Assembly: GCA_019058445.1 (NCBI GenBank)
Contig: JAHPZA010000006.1
Coordinates: forward strand, 352,001 to 416,000
Length of the DNA: 64,000 nucleotides
Source: Promethearchaeota archaeon
Lineage (GTDB): Archaea; Asgardarchaeota; Lokiarchaeia; Sigyniarchaeales; SOKP01
Direction: 5' to 3'
Shown here piece by piece: positions 10,358 through 20,358 of the stretch (within the stretch, counting starts at the first letter, position 1; every line of letters starts with the position of its first letter). A model generated the notes under the pieces. That model ran no database searches, was not told the DNA's origin, and saw nothing but the letters and a program-made list of their open reading frames with translations. The position numbers and the translations under genes were made by a program.

Positions 10358-10468
10358 ATGCAAATAGTTTTTAAAATTGAGAGCTGTGAATCTATTCATC
10401 ATCATGATGTCTATGCTGAATTAAGTACTACAATAGGAGAGCTAAAAAAAAAATTAAAACTAATTTAA
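10358..10468 (+). pseudogene. Displaced 3' fragment of mptA
   Basis: QIVFKIESCESIHHHDVYAELSTTIG versus MptA KISFKIESYESIHPHNVYAELTTTLG; 10370-10438 matches 6351-6419 at 56/69 nt. Confidence 0.85.
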
Positions 10469-10573
10469 AAACCTAGAAATAGGATTGATTACAAAGATAT
10501 TTTATTGAAATACATGAATACTTTCGATTCATAAAAACAATTTAAAAATATGATATCTTGAAGTGAGAAAAAG

Positions 10574-11185
10574 ACGAAAAACAATGCAAAAAATATCTGT
10601 TTCATAAGGCATGGCCAGACTAACTCATCATTAAATAATAGGTTGTGTGGTAGCAGAACAGATGAATCCTTAAATGCAAATGGTTATCAACAAATAAAAT
10701 CTCTAATATCATTTTTAAAAAACTACAATCCTGATTCTATTTATACAAGTCCTCTTCTCAGAGCAAAACAATCTGCTAAAATAATTTCAGATTATTTTAA
10801 TCTTACAACAAATGAACTGGATGATTTGAGAGAAATTGATTTTGGTGATTGGGAAAGTTTAACATTTAACGAGATTAAATCAAAATATAGGGAGGAATAT
10901 TTAAAATGGATGAATTCTCCTGATAAATTTACTCCAAATAATGGAGAAAGTGTTAAGGAATTGTCTTCTCGATTAAAGAAAGTTATGGAAGTTATTTTAA
11001 GTACCAATCATAATACAATTTTTTTAATTACTCATGGTGGACCTATTCGTGCAACACTAATTAACTCTTTAAAAATTTCATTATCTCTATATTGGAATAT
11101 TAAAGTCCCTCATGGCTCGGTTACATGTTTAGAATATAAAGATTCAAAAATTTATCTTCAATATATGGGCCAAGTAGTTCTATGA
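10574..11185 (+). CDS. Histidine phosphatase (CobC/PhoE-like); start uncertain
   Basis: The catalytic RHG (10607-10615) lies upstream of the ORF-track start. Also SPLLRAKQSA, LREIDFGDWE, GES, ITHGG. Start is either the in-frame ACG at 10574 or an ATG at 10584 that needs one extra A. Confidence 0.8.
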   Translation, partial: TKNNAKNICFIRHGQTNSSLNNRLCGSRTDESLNANGYQQIKSLISFLKNYNPDSIYTSPLLRAKQSAKIISDYFNLTTNELDDLREIDFGDWESLTFNEIKSKYREEYLKWMNSPDKFTPNNGESVKELSSRLKKVMEVILSTNHNTIFLITHGGPIRATLINSLKISLSLYWNIKVPHGSVTCLEYKDSKIYLQYMGQVVL

Positions 11186-11330
11186 ATTTTGCTAGAGTTA
11201 TTTTCAATCATAAAAGATGCGATAATTACTCCTACATTTTTTTTAATAATTGATGATTTATTTTATTCAAGTAAAAATTTTAATAATTGGCAAATTAAAG
11301 AATATCTGAATTACTAATAAGCATTAAAAT

Positions 11331-12374
11331 ATGAAAATTCCTAAAGGAATTGAAGGAGATTACATTGAAACCAAGAATGATAACCTTATTTTTGATATAA
11401 AGGGATTATTACACCCTGATAATCGAAAAATTTGTTTTCTTCGATTTCATCCTCATAACGAAGGAGATCGGATTAGAGAAGGAATACAATATAAAAAAAT
11501 TTATAAACTTAGTGAGCGGTATTCCTTTTTGAAAGAGAATTTTCCAAGATATCTCTTTTACTCTGAAGAGCTTGATTTAAAACTTCAGGGCGTTGATGTT
11601 AAGGATATTAAACAAATATATTCTCCGAAACATTATTATAAAAGTCTTTTTGAAAAAGATAATTTGTCTAGCTTAGAAAAATATTCAAAGGAGTTATGTG
11701 AACTCTTTATTAATAATGGAAATATTTCTGAAAATTCCATTGGAATTACTGGATCGCCTATGGTTGGCTTAGCCAAAGAAGATTCAGACATTGATTTAAT
11801 TATATACGGAACTCAAACAAGTTTAGCGTTTCAAGAAAATTTGAATGAAATTTTCGAACGACAAAATCATTGTAGAAAATATTCATTAGAGGAATATAAA
11901 CATCATTTTAATTGGAGGGCAGGGGGTTCAAATGTATCTTTTGAGGATTTTATGAGAAGTGAGAAAAGAAAACAACATCAAGGAAAATATTTCAATACTG
12001 ACTTTTTCATCAGATATATAAAAAGTCCTGAAGATTGGAAAGGAAATTTTTATGATTATAAATATTTTAATTGTGGAAGATTGAAATTAACAGCTCAAAT
12101 TATTGACTCCACAGATTCTATATTTACTCCTTGTACATACAAAATACGTCCAATTAAAATCTTAAGCAGTAATCCACTCTTCAATGAAATTGATGAATTC
12201 ACTCTGAAAGAGATTAATTCTTTCCGAGGAAGATTTTGTGAGCATGCTGTAAAAGGAGAAAAGGTATTAGTTGAAGGAAAATTAGAAAAAGTCATTTTCA
12301 AAGATAAGGAAAAATATTCTCGCATTCTTTTAGGTGACCAGGTTAGGGATAAAATGATTATTCTAAATAAATGA
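11331..12374 (+). CDS. Archaeal predicted nucleotidyltransferase (COG1665-like)
   Basis: IGITGSPMVGLAKEDSDIDLIIYG, DFFIRY, C-terminal OB-like SFRGRFCEHA..GEKVLVEGKLE. Confidence 0.75.
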   Translation: MKIPKGIEGDYIETKNDNLIFDIKGLLHPDNRKICFLRFHPHNEGDRIREGIQYKKIYKLSERYSFLKENFPRYLFYSEELDLKLQGVDVKDIKQIYSPKHYYKSLFEKDNLSSLEKYSKELCELFINNGNISENSIGITGSPMVGLAKEDSDIDLIIYGTQTSLAFQENLNEIFERQNHCRKYSLEEYKHHFNWRAGGSNVSFEDFMRSEKRKQHQGKYFNTDFFIRYIKSPEDWKGNFYDYKYFNCGRLKLTAQIIDSTDSIFTPCTYKIRPIKILSSNPLFNEIDEFTLKEINSFRGRFCEHAVKGEKVLVEGKLEKVIFKDKEKYSRILLGDQVRDKMIILNK

Positions 12375-12527
12375 TATTTTAATACTGATCTCTCATGAAG
12401 AGAACTTCCAATTAAATTCATCTATATATTATATATAGGTCTTAAGTCCCTCTATATCATGATATATATTACGTCGATTATGCTTTTATTCTGAACTTCT
12501 AATAAACTAGTAAGAAAACAAAAAGAG

Positions 12528-12752
12528 ATGATGTATTTGAGCATTCTAAAAAAATATAGAACACCATACGAAAGAGCTAGAAAGCAAAGGTATAAACTTT
12601 TAAAATATGTATGTGATAAATGTGGTGCTTATAATCACATAGATCAAGGATATTGTGGTATGTGCATGTCAACTCACCTAAGAAAAGCGACTGCAAAAGA
12701 AAAAACGCAAACCCTCTCTTTAATCGAGAATGTAATTGATAGTAGCTCATAA
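12528..12752 (+). CDS. Small zinc-ribbon protein (eL40-like spacing)
   Basis: YVCDKCGAYNHIDQGYCGMCMSTHLRKA; CxxC-x10-CxxC, basic. Confidence 0.55.
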   Translation: MMYLSILKKYRTPYERARKQRYKLLKYVCDKCGAYNHIDQGYCGMCMSTHLRKATAKEKTQTLSLIENVIDSSS

Positions 12753-12796
12753 AAGTTTCTTATAAAGTAAAGTAAATTGTATTTAAGGTGTTTTGG

Positions 12797-12973
12797 TTGA
12801 AAAAATTTATTAATTTTGATAAAAACATGAATATTTTTTATGATAATATCTGGCTTGACGATCAAAAAGTTGTCATTAAAATTCCGCTAGTGGAAAAAAA
12901 TGACTTGTATACTAATATTGAAGTCGAGAAGTTTAATTTAGCAAATAAAGTATTTCTTTTAGCCTATGAATAA
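12797..12973 (+). CDS. Small hypothetical protein, paralogue A
   Basis: AGGTG Shine-Dalgarno before TTG at 12797; clearly homologous to 13438-13626. Confidence 0.65.
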   Translation: MKKFINFDKNMNIFYDNIWLDDQKVVIKIPLVEKNDLYTNIEVEKFNLANKVFLLAYE

Positions 12974-13437
12974 CTGGAAATCTCGATTTTTATTACTTCA
13001 AATCTTATTTTAAAGCTTTAGTTTTTTTGGTTTTTTTTTCTTCAATACTATTTCTATCTTAATCTTAATCATATGGTTGGAAAGATGGTTATTAAGTGGA
13101 CATATGCATAACTTATCTGATAGAAAACTAAGCATTTAAATATGAGAATGCACTAATTGATCTTAATATGATTAAAATTAAAAAAATATAGCCTAAGTGA
13201 TAAAATAGAACTGAGGTGATAAACAAAAAAATTCAAACATAGCAGAGTTTTTTAGTCAGTTTACTACTAAAATATAAATTAAATATATTAAAAAATAAAA
13301 ATCTAGGAGGTTGGAATAAAAAAAATTAATATTGATTAATACTAAAAAAAATGAGCTTGGCTATTTGAGTACTACCATTGAAAATGAAATGTATTAAAAA
13401 TAAAATAAAAAAAATAATAATTAATAGAGGTGGTTGA

Positions 13438-13626
13438 TTGGGTCAATTTATTGATTTTGATAAGAAAAAAGGAATGTTTTATGATAATATTTGGTTAGAT
13501 GAGCAAAAAATTGTAGTAAAAATGCCACTAACAAGAGAAAATTATTCAGAGAAATATCCTAAAATGGATTTCAAAATCGAAGAATTTAACCTGGCAAAAT
13601 ATACCTATTTACTGGCCTATGAGTAA
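13438..13626 (+). CDS. Small hypothetical protein, paralogue B
   Basis: GAGGTG Shine-Dalgarno; shares FI.FDK...FYDNIWLD.QK.V.K.PL...E.FNLA...LLAYE with paralogue A. Confidence 0.7.
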   Translation: MGQFIDFDKKKGMFYDNIWLDEQKIVVKMPLTRENYSEKYPKMDFKIEEFNLAKYTYLLAYE

Positions 13627-13737
13627 GAGAAATTTTCAATAAACCTCTTTCTTATTTTTCAATTCATTCTCTTATAATAAGGACATTTGGATTAAATTAA
13701 ACTTATTTTCTATATTTCATTCAAAATATTAGAGATA

Positions 13738-14814
13738 ATGAAAAAAATTGAACGCTATAAACAGTTTGTCAACCTCGATCCAGAAGACTTAGACGCTTGG
13801 CTTAATTTAGGAGACGTATATTTTGAAGAAAATGATTATGCTAATGCATTAAATAGTTATAAAAAAGCTTTAGAATTAGATCCATATTCGAGTGAAACAA
13901 TAAATAATGTAGCGTTAATGTATTCTTATAACGGGGATAATAAAAAAGCAATTGAATACTACAAAAAGGCACTAAAACTTTCTCCAGATGATGCGATTGT
14001 ATTATATAACATAGGCTATTCCTATGAAGAAGAGGAAAAAGTTGATGAAGCAATTGACTATTATAAAAAAGCCTTAGAAATAGATCCTACCTATATCGAT
14101 GCCTTGAATAATATTGCTCTTATTTATAAAGAAAATGAGGAATATGATGATGCGATTAAAAATTTTGAAGCCGCACTTAAAATAGATCCGGACAATGTAT
14201 TCATTTTACAAAATCTCGCACAGCTCTATTATGATATGGAAGATTATGAAAAATTAATTTATTATTATCGACTTGCGCTGGAACTAAAACCTGAAAGTGC
14301 TAATATTTGGAATAAGCTGGGAAACGTATATTATGATATGAATAATTTTGAGGAGTCAATTAAATGCTATAAAAAAGCAATTGAGTTTGACGCGTATGTT
14401 ATTGAAACATGGAATGGTTTAGGGCTCTCTTATACCTTTATTGAAAAATTTGAAAAATCCATTGAGAGCTATAAGGAAGCACTTCGACTGGATCCTAATG
14501 ATGATGCGTTATATGAAAATATTGGGTTCAGTTACAATAAATTAGGTATGTATGATAAATCAATCAAATATTATAAAAAATCAATAGAATTAAATCCAGA
14601 TTACTCTTCAGGCTGGAAAAGCTTAGGAAGCGTATATCAAAACAAAGAAGATTATGATAACGCAATTAAGTGTTATGAGAAAGCTCTAGATATAACTCCT
14701 AACGATTTTGAAAGTTGGAAGAATTTAGGGATGATTTATAAACTCAGAAATGATTATCAAAAAGCCGAAGAATGTTTTAAAGAAGCTTCAAAATGGAAGC
14801 TTAAAGTTACTTAA
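13738..14814 (+). CDS. Tetratricopeptide repeat protein (about 10 TPRs)
   Basis: 34-aa periodic W.NLG..Y.....Y..A...YKKALEL.P repeats. Confidence 0.92.
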   Translation: MKKIERYKQFVNLDPEDLDAWLNLGDVYFEENDYANALNSYKKALELDPYSSETINNVALMYSYNGDNKKAIEYYKKALKLSPDDAIVLYNIGYSYEEEEKVDEAIDYYKKALEIDPTYIDALNNIALIYKENEEYDDAIKNFEAALKIDPDNVFILQNLAQLYYDMEDYEKLIYYYRLALELKPESANIWNKLGNVYYDMNNFEESIKCYKKAIEFDAYVIETWNGLGLSYTFIEKFEKSIESYKEALRLDPNDDALYENIGFSYNKLGMYDKSIKYYKKSIELNPDYSSGWKSLGSVYQNKEDYDNAIKCYEKALDITPNDFESWKNLGMIYKLRNDYQKAEECFKEASKWKLKVT

Positions 14815-14876
14815 TTTATTAATAATTTTCAGTCTAAACTTTTTATTTAATCATTTTTTTAAATTAGTGATTACGA

Positions 14877-16187
14877 ATGAAACTCTATAATGCGGATCTT
14901 CATATACACAGTCCCCATTCTATTGCTGTGTCTCAGTCTCTCAATCTAGATACGATGCTTGAGACATGCCGAAAAAAGGGCTTAAATATATTAGGCACAG
15001 GAGATGTATTGCAACCAGATTGGCTAAAGTATTTGGAGTCAAATCTTAGAAAGGATAAGGACGGTTCTTATATCTATAAGGATGTCTTTTTTATTCTGCA
15101 ATCAGAAATAGAGGATCAAGAGAGCATCCACCAAGTAGTTCTCTTTCCTGATTTTGCTTCTGTCCGAGAAGTTCAAAAAAAATTAAAACCATTCTCAAAG
15201 AATATTCTTGATAAATGGGGCGGTCGTCCTAGAGTAAATCTGTCTCCTGCTGAATTAGTTGATACAATCATTGATTGTGGGGGTTTAATTGGACCTGCTC
15301 ATGCCTTTACTCCATTTAAAGCGATATTTCGCCAAAATAAATTTAGTACACTTAAAGATTGTTATCAAGATGCTGCTAAAAATGTTCATTTTCTTGAATT
15401 GGGGCTTTCTGCGAATACTGATTTGGCAGACAGAATGGAGGATTTAAAAGAGATAACATTTTTAAGTAATAGTGACGCCCACTCTCAGGATCCTCGCTCA
15501 TTAGGTCGGGAATTCAATAGATTTGATATTGATAATCCGTCATTTGAAGAGATTCTATTAGCACTCACTAGAAAAAATGGGAGAAAAATCACTTTGAATG
15601 TAGGATTGCATCCGAAGCTTGGAAAATATTATACGATGTTTTGCAACAAATGTAGAAGGAGAATTTTATTTAAAAAAGCAAAGAAAAATCTTGATTTTGG
15701 ATTTTCTCAAAGTACTTCAACTGAAAATTTTGTGATTTATTATTCAAACGATCCCGCTTCAATGAAACAACAATATATTGAGCAAGTTTCAATCAATAAA
15801 ATGATATGTCCAGCGTGTAAAGATGAGTTAAAAAAAAATTTTAAGCTAAAATTGGGAGTAAGTGAAAGAATCGATGTGATTTCCAATTACGAAGTTCCTA
15901 ATCATCCTGATCATAGACCAGATTATATTAATGCCATCCCTTTAATTGATATTATTCGTTCAGTCAAAGGGATTAAAAGCACTTCGAGTAAAACTGTATT
16001 AAAAATATATAATGATTTAATAGATAAATTAGGTAAAGAATTGGAAATTCTTATTGACATATCTATTAATAAAATTGAAGAGGTTAATAAAGACATAGCA
16101 GATGTTATTAATGCGTTTAGAAAAAATGAAATTAGTTACATTCCAGGTGGAGGAGGCACATACGGTCAAATAAAATTGGATTTATAA
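14877..16187 (+). CDS. PHP-domain endonuclease Q family protein
   Basis: ADLHIHSPHS, GTGD, GPAHAFTP, ELGLSA, FLSNSDAHS, LGREFN, LGKY..C..C, GVSERI, PGGGGTYG. Confidence 0.85.
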   Translation: MKLYNADLHIHSPHSIAVSQSLNLDTMLETCRKKGLNILGTGDVLQPDWLKYLESNLRKDKDGSYIYKDVFFILQSEIEDQESIHQVVLFPDFASVREVQKKLKPFSKNILDKWGGRPRVNLSPAELVDTIIDCGGLIGPAHAFTPFKAIFRQNKFSTLKDCYQDAAKNVHFLELGLSANTDLADRMEDLKEITFLSNSDAHSQDPRSLGREFNRFDIDNPSFEEILLALTRKNGRKITLNVGLHPKLGKYYTMFCNKCRRRILFKKAKKNLDFGFSQSTSTENFVIYYSNDPASMKQQYIEQVSINKMICPACKDELKKNFKLKLGVSERIDVISNYEVPNHPDHRPDYINAIPLIDIIRSVKGIKSTSSKTVLKIYNDLIDKLGKELEILIDISINKIEEVNKDIADVINAFRKNEISYIPGGGGTYGQIKLDL

Positions 16188-16271
16188 CATAGTGAGATTG
16201 AAAACAATTTTTAAATACTGTGAAAATAATCTCTAACAAGAAAGCAGAAATAAACGCAAAAACAAATGAGG

Positions 16272-16517
16272 TTATAATTTAAACTCTAAATCTAATTTAA
16301 GCAATTCACCACAATCAGAACACGTCAGCCAATCAAAAATTTTAAGGCTCACAACCATCTGTTCTATAGCCTTCAGAGAAAAACGATTTTTAAACGATTT
16401 CTCAGTGCCACACGTTGGACATGAGATTATAGCTCTAACACTAACAGTATCTTTATCAAGCTCCTCTTCAACAGGAACTTTTTCGCCATTTTTAGATTTG
16501 TTGAAATCACTTTCCAA
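16272..16517 (-). CDS. Small zinc-finger protein
   Basis: CPTC...CSDC; GAGG Shine-Dalgarno upstream of TTG. Confidence 0.65.
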   Translation of the reverse strand: MESDFNKSKNGEKVPVEEELDKDTVSVRAIISCPTCGTEKSFKNRFSLKAIEQMVVSLKIFDWLTCSDCGELLKLDLEFKL

Positions 16518-16763
16518 CTTATGTAACCTCGTGTTTTACATTATAGATAGTGCAAATTTTACCTTATAATCTTTTTCATTTCAATTTTTTCCTACGAACA
16601 AGAGGTACATCCTAAATTATCGCAATTAATTAAGTCTTATTTTTCCTTATTATTTTCTATTCAAGAAAGCAAATTACCTATTCTGATTTAAATAAATATT
16701 ACTTGTATATCACTCTATAATATTATCGTTGTATGATTCTCGTGTTATATAGAGAATAGAATC

Positions 16764-17918
16764 TTGGAGACCGTTACTGTGAAAGATGTTGAATTTAACT
16801 CCCTAGGCTTGAAAATACCTGATTTTACTCAACTAGACACATCTATCAAATCTCGCTTCAAAAGCATTTCTAACTTCTCTCAAAATACCTCATTAACACA
16901 AAATTACGACTCCGATGAGTATTTATCAGAGTTATTAAATGCGTTGAAAATTAGAAGCTTGGTGGTTGGAGTTGGAGGTGCTGGTAACAATATCATCTCC
17001 AGACTCCAAGAAATGGGTTTAAAATTTACTGAAACCTTAAATATTAATACAGATGCCCATGATCTTTTTTATAGTAATGCGAAACATAAAATATTAATTG
17101 GTAAAGATAAGTGTAGTGGTCTAGGATCTGGAAATGATCCAATAGTTGGACAAACAGCCGCAGAAGAAGATTCCAGACGTCTCCGTGAACTTTTGAAAGC
17201 CGATATACTATTTTTAACTTGTGGATTAGGCGGGGGAACTGGAACTGGAGCTGCACCTATTATAGCTCGGGAAGCGAAGAAAAATAACTCATTAGTGGTA
17301 ACCTTTTGTTCTATTCCATTTAGGTCTGAGGGACAGCAAAGAAGAATGAGGGCGAAAACAGGTCTTAAAAAGTTAGCAGAATATTCAGATACTATAATTC
17401 CTATACCAAATGATAATCTATTGCAACTAGTGCCGAATTATCCTATCTTAAAATGTTTTAAAATTATGGATGAAGTGTTAGTAAGAAGTATCCGGGAGGT
17501 CGTGAATCTTATTAATAATTGTGGATTAATAAATATAGATTTTGCAGATGTGAGAAAGATATTTGAAAAGACGGGGGAATATCCTTCTGGGTTAATTGGG
17601 ATAACTGAAACGTTGGGAAATGACTTGATAAAGAAGTGCAAATTAGCAATACATAATCCGCTTTTAAATCCGAATACAAAAGAAGTTGACAGGTGTTTGG
17701 TATCCGTGACAAGTGATCATAAATTATCTTTATCGAATGTGGATAAAATCGTCTCTACCATTTCAAATGAGGTTCCTGAAGACGCGAAAATTAAGTTTGG
17801 AGCTAATATGGACCCAAATTTAAGTACTAAAACCAAAATTTTCGTTTTAGGAAGAGGCCCGATTTCGCCATTTGTAAGAACCGCTGTTGATTCAGAGAGT
17901 TCAATTCCCTTTGAATAA
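16764..17918 (+). CDS. ftsZ: Cell division GTPase FtsZ
   Basis: VGVGGAGNN, INTD, GLGGGTGTG tubulin signature, PF.SEG..R, NIDFADV T7 loop. Confidence 0.93.
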   Translation: METVTVKDVEFNSLGLKIPDFTQLDTSIKSRFKSISNFSQNTSLTQNYDSDEYLSELLNALKIRSLVVGVGGAGNNIISRLQEMGLKFTETLNINTDAHDLFYSNAKHKILIGKDKCSGLGSGNDPIVGQTAAEEDSRRLRELLKADILFLTCGLGGGTGTGAAPIIAREAKKNNSLVVTFCSIPFRSEGQQRRMRAKTGLKKLAEYSDTIIPIPNDNLLQLVPNYPILKCFKIMDEVLVRSIREVVNLINNCGLINIDFADVRKIFEKTGEYPSGLIGITETLGNDLIKKCKLAIHNPLLNPNTKEVDRCLVSVTSDHKLSLSNVDKIVSTISNEVPEDAKIKFGANMDPNLSTKTKIFVLGRGPISPFVRTAVDSESSIPFE

Positions 17919-18027
17919 TTTTCTGAAATCTAATAAAAGTTTATTTTTGTATCATAATTAGTTTAATCATAATTCATTACAAATTTCATTAATCAAATTA
18001 AATTGTGATAAATTGGAGATTGTTTAT

Positions 18028-18480
18028 ATGAGTAATAAACAAATGCCTGAAGAAGAGATAAAAAAGGAAATTAGAAATTATTTAAGACAGAGAAAAGTGT
18101 TAGTATTATGTACGTGCTCCAATAACATTCCAAGAGCAACACCTATGGATTTTTATATTGACAAAAAAGCAGATGATTTTAATATCTACGTAGGACCGGC
18201 TCCCGGGAGAAAAGTTAAAAATATAGAAGAAAATCCAGTTGTAAGCATCGGAATATATACACCTATGGATATCGGGAAAGTTCAGGGAATGCAAATTACA
18301 GCTACGGGAAAAGATCGGTTAAATTTTTTAAGGGAAGGAGATGAAGGATTCGACCACGCTCAAAAAATAGTTCGGGGAAAAAGAAAACTACTTCTAAAAA
18401 TCATACCTGAAAAAATCGAATTATTAGATTATGATTTCATTAAAAAAGGGTATTCTAGACTTCAGTTCTTAAATTTATAA
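18028..18480 (+). CDS. Pyridoxamine 5'-phosphate oxidase-like (split beta-barrel flavin/F420-binding) protein
   Basis: VLCTCSNNIPRATPM, RKVKNIEENPVVSI, GMQITA; GGAG precedes ATG at 18028. Confidence 0.75.
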   Translation: MSNKQMPEEEIKKEIRNYLRQRKVLVLCTCSNNIPRATPMDFYIDKKADDFNIYVGPAPGRKVKNIEENPVVSIGIYTPMDIGKVQGMQITATGKDRLNFLREGDEGFDHAQKIVRGKRKLLLKIIPEKIELLDYDFIKKGYSRLQFLNL

Positions 18481-18522
18481 GGCATATATGAATTGAACTA
18501 AGAATTAGTTAAAATATAGATT

Positions 18523-19431
18523 ATGACTAAAGTTGATATTATTTCAGGATTTTTAGGTGCGGGTAAGACCACATTAATTAAACAATTATTAAAAGACCTT
18601 TCGAAAAACGAGAAAATAGTAATAATTGAAAATGAAATAGGAGAAGAGAATATAGATGCAAAAGATCTTCAAGAACTTAAAGCGTCTGTTAAGGAAATCA
18701 CTTCTGGTTGTATTTGTTGCACCCTTTCTCTAAGTTTAATTACTATTTTAAATGAATTAGGAGAAGAAGGAAGTGTTGATAGAATCATTATCGAGCCAAC
18801 AGGACTAGCAACCCTTTCAGATCTTTTAGAACTATTCAATTCTGTTAATAAAAATACTATTAACCTTAATCTAATTATAACAATCTTGGATGTTCTTGAA
18901 TTAGAACTTTTTGCAGGTAATTTTGGAACTTTTTTTACAGACCAAATAAAAAATTGCAAAATTTTGGTCTTAAGTAAAATAGATAAAGCTTCTTCTTCTG
19001 ATTTAGAATTTGCGAAGTTTTATGCATCAAATCTGAATTCAAATGCTCCTATAGTCAATCATGACTGGACTAAAATAAGTATTTCTTGTCTAGAAAACTT
19101 ACTTCAAAATAAAAAAAAATCCCACAATATTATTCTTAGTGATTATGAGAGAAGACATTCATTTGATGGATTTGATAACATTACAGTTAAACCAAAAAAA
19201 ATATACTCAAAAAATGAAATAAATTTACTATTCAAAGAAATACAATCAAAAAACTATGGAGAAGTCATTCGGATGAAAGGATTTCTTTCTTTAGAGGGTA
19301 ATACTTCCATGAAAATAGATTATGTCTTAGGACAAATATACACCCAACAAAGAAAGATTCCATCAGAATCAGTTTTAACTATCATTGGAAAAGAACTAAG
19401 AATAAACGAGATTAAAAATAAATTAAAATAA
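18523..19431 (+). CDS. COG0523/CobW-family G3E metallochaperone GTPase
   Basis: SGFLGAGKTT, IENE.G, GCICC, IIIEPTG, SKID, C-terminal VIRMKG. Confidence 0.9.
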   Translation: MTKVDIISGFLGAGKTTLIKQLLKDLSKNEKIVIIENEIGEENIDAKDLQELKASVKEITSGCICCTLSLSLITILNELGEEGSVDRIIIEPTGLATLSDLLELFNSVNKNTINLNLIITILDVLELELFAGNFGTFFTDQIKNCKILVLSKIDKASSSDLEFAKFYASNLNSNAPIVNHDWTKISISCLENLLQNKKKSHNIILSDYERRHSFDGFDNITVKPKKIYSKNEINLLFKEIQSKNYGEVIRMKGFLSLEGNTSMKIDYVLGQIYTQQRKIPSESVLTIIGKELRINEIKNKLK

Positions 19432-19592
19432 AGAATTGTTGACTTAAATTAAGTCAGACTTATCATATTTTTTTCATTTTTAAGTTAGGATGATATCAAT
19501 CTAGGGGATTAAAATCTATAAATAATTAGCAAAAAAGATTGATTAAATTTTAGTATAAAATTTAAACTTTAAATTATTCAAAATTTCAAAAA

Positions 19593-20165
19593 TTAGGCAA
19601 AATTCTTGTAAATTTGATACAATTTATTGGCTAATACTGAAAAAGCTTGGTTTACTCCTTGTCCCGTTAATGCACTGGTTAAATAATATCCTAAAAAGTT
19701 GTATCCTTTCATTAAAGCATCGACATTATAATTCGACTTTGGATTTTCTTTATTTTTTACTATACTATCAATGTTTTCAACTAAATCAACTTTATTTCCA
19801 AATAATATTATTGGGAGATGTCCACAGTTTTTTTTAATATCACTAAGCCATTTTGTAATATCTTGGAAACTTTTCTCGCCGTGTTCGTTTTCCTCGTGAG
19901 AAAACACAATAATAGCTGCGCTACTACCTTGATAAAAATTCGGTCGTAATTGCCCAAATGCTTCTTGTCCCGCTATATCCCAAAAAACTAATTGGATGGG
20001 GGTTCCAGAAACCTCTGTTTGGTATTGTGTAAACTGGGCACCAAGCGTCATTACATATGCAGCGTCAAATTCTCCTTTAGTATACTTTTTTATTAGAGAG
20101 GTTTTACCAACGGCACCATCTCCAATAACGGTTATTTTATAAACTAATCCCCTCTCATCACTCAT
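19593..20165 (-). CDS. Rab-like small GTPase
   Basis: G1 GDGAVGKTS, G2 T, G3 WDIAGQE, G4 NKVD, G5 SALT; no C-terminal prenylation Cys. Confidence 0.92.
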   Translation of the reverse strand: MSDERGLVYKITVIGDGAVGKTSLIKKYTKGEFDAAYVMTLGAQFTQYQTEVSGTPIQLVFWDIAGQEAFGQLRPNFYQGSSAAIIVFSHEENEHGEKSFQDITKWLSDIKKNCGHLPIILFGNKVDLVENIDSIVKNKENPKSNYNVDALMKGYNFLGYYLTSALTGQGVNQAFSVLANKLYQIYKNFA

Positions 20166-20358
20166 ATTATCCACTTATAAGATTTTTTAGTAATTGAATT
20201 TAATTGTTTTTTAAACCTAAGATAATATCCTCTTTTTCTATTTATGAAAACAGTTTTTCATTATTAATAAAAAAAAGTAATTTTAAATCTTTACAAAAGG
20301 AAAATTAGATTTTTAAAAATGTAAATCAAAATATTTAACATAAATTCTATTTGTAATT

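Noticed and set aside
10584-10600. A second BHB intron explaining the phosphatase start problem
   Set aside because: No helix or bulge structure is present, and the discrepancy is a single base or a start-codon issue.
12528-12752. Calling the zinc-ribbon ORF ribosomal protein eL40
   Set aside because: Cys spacing is similar but the characteristic ARNP..A..CRKCG residues are absent, so it is left unnamed.
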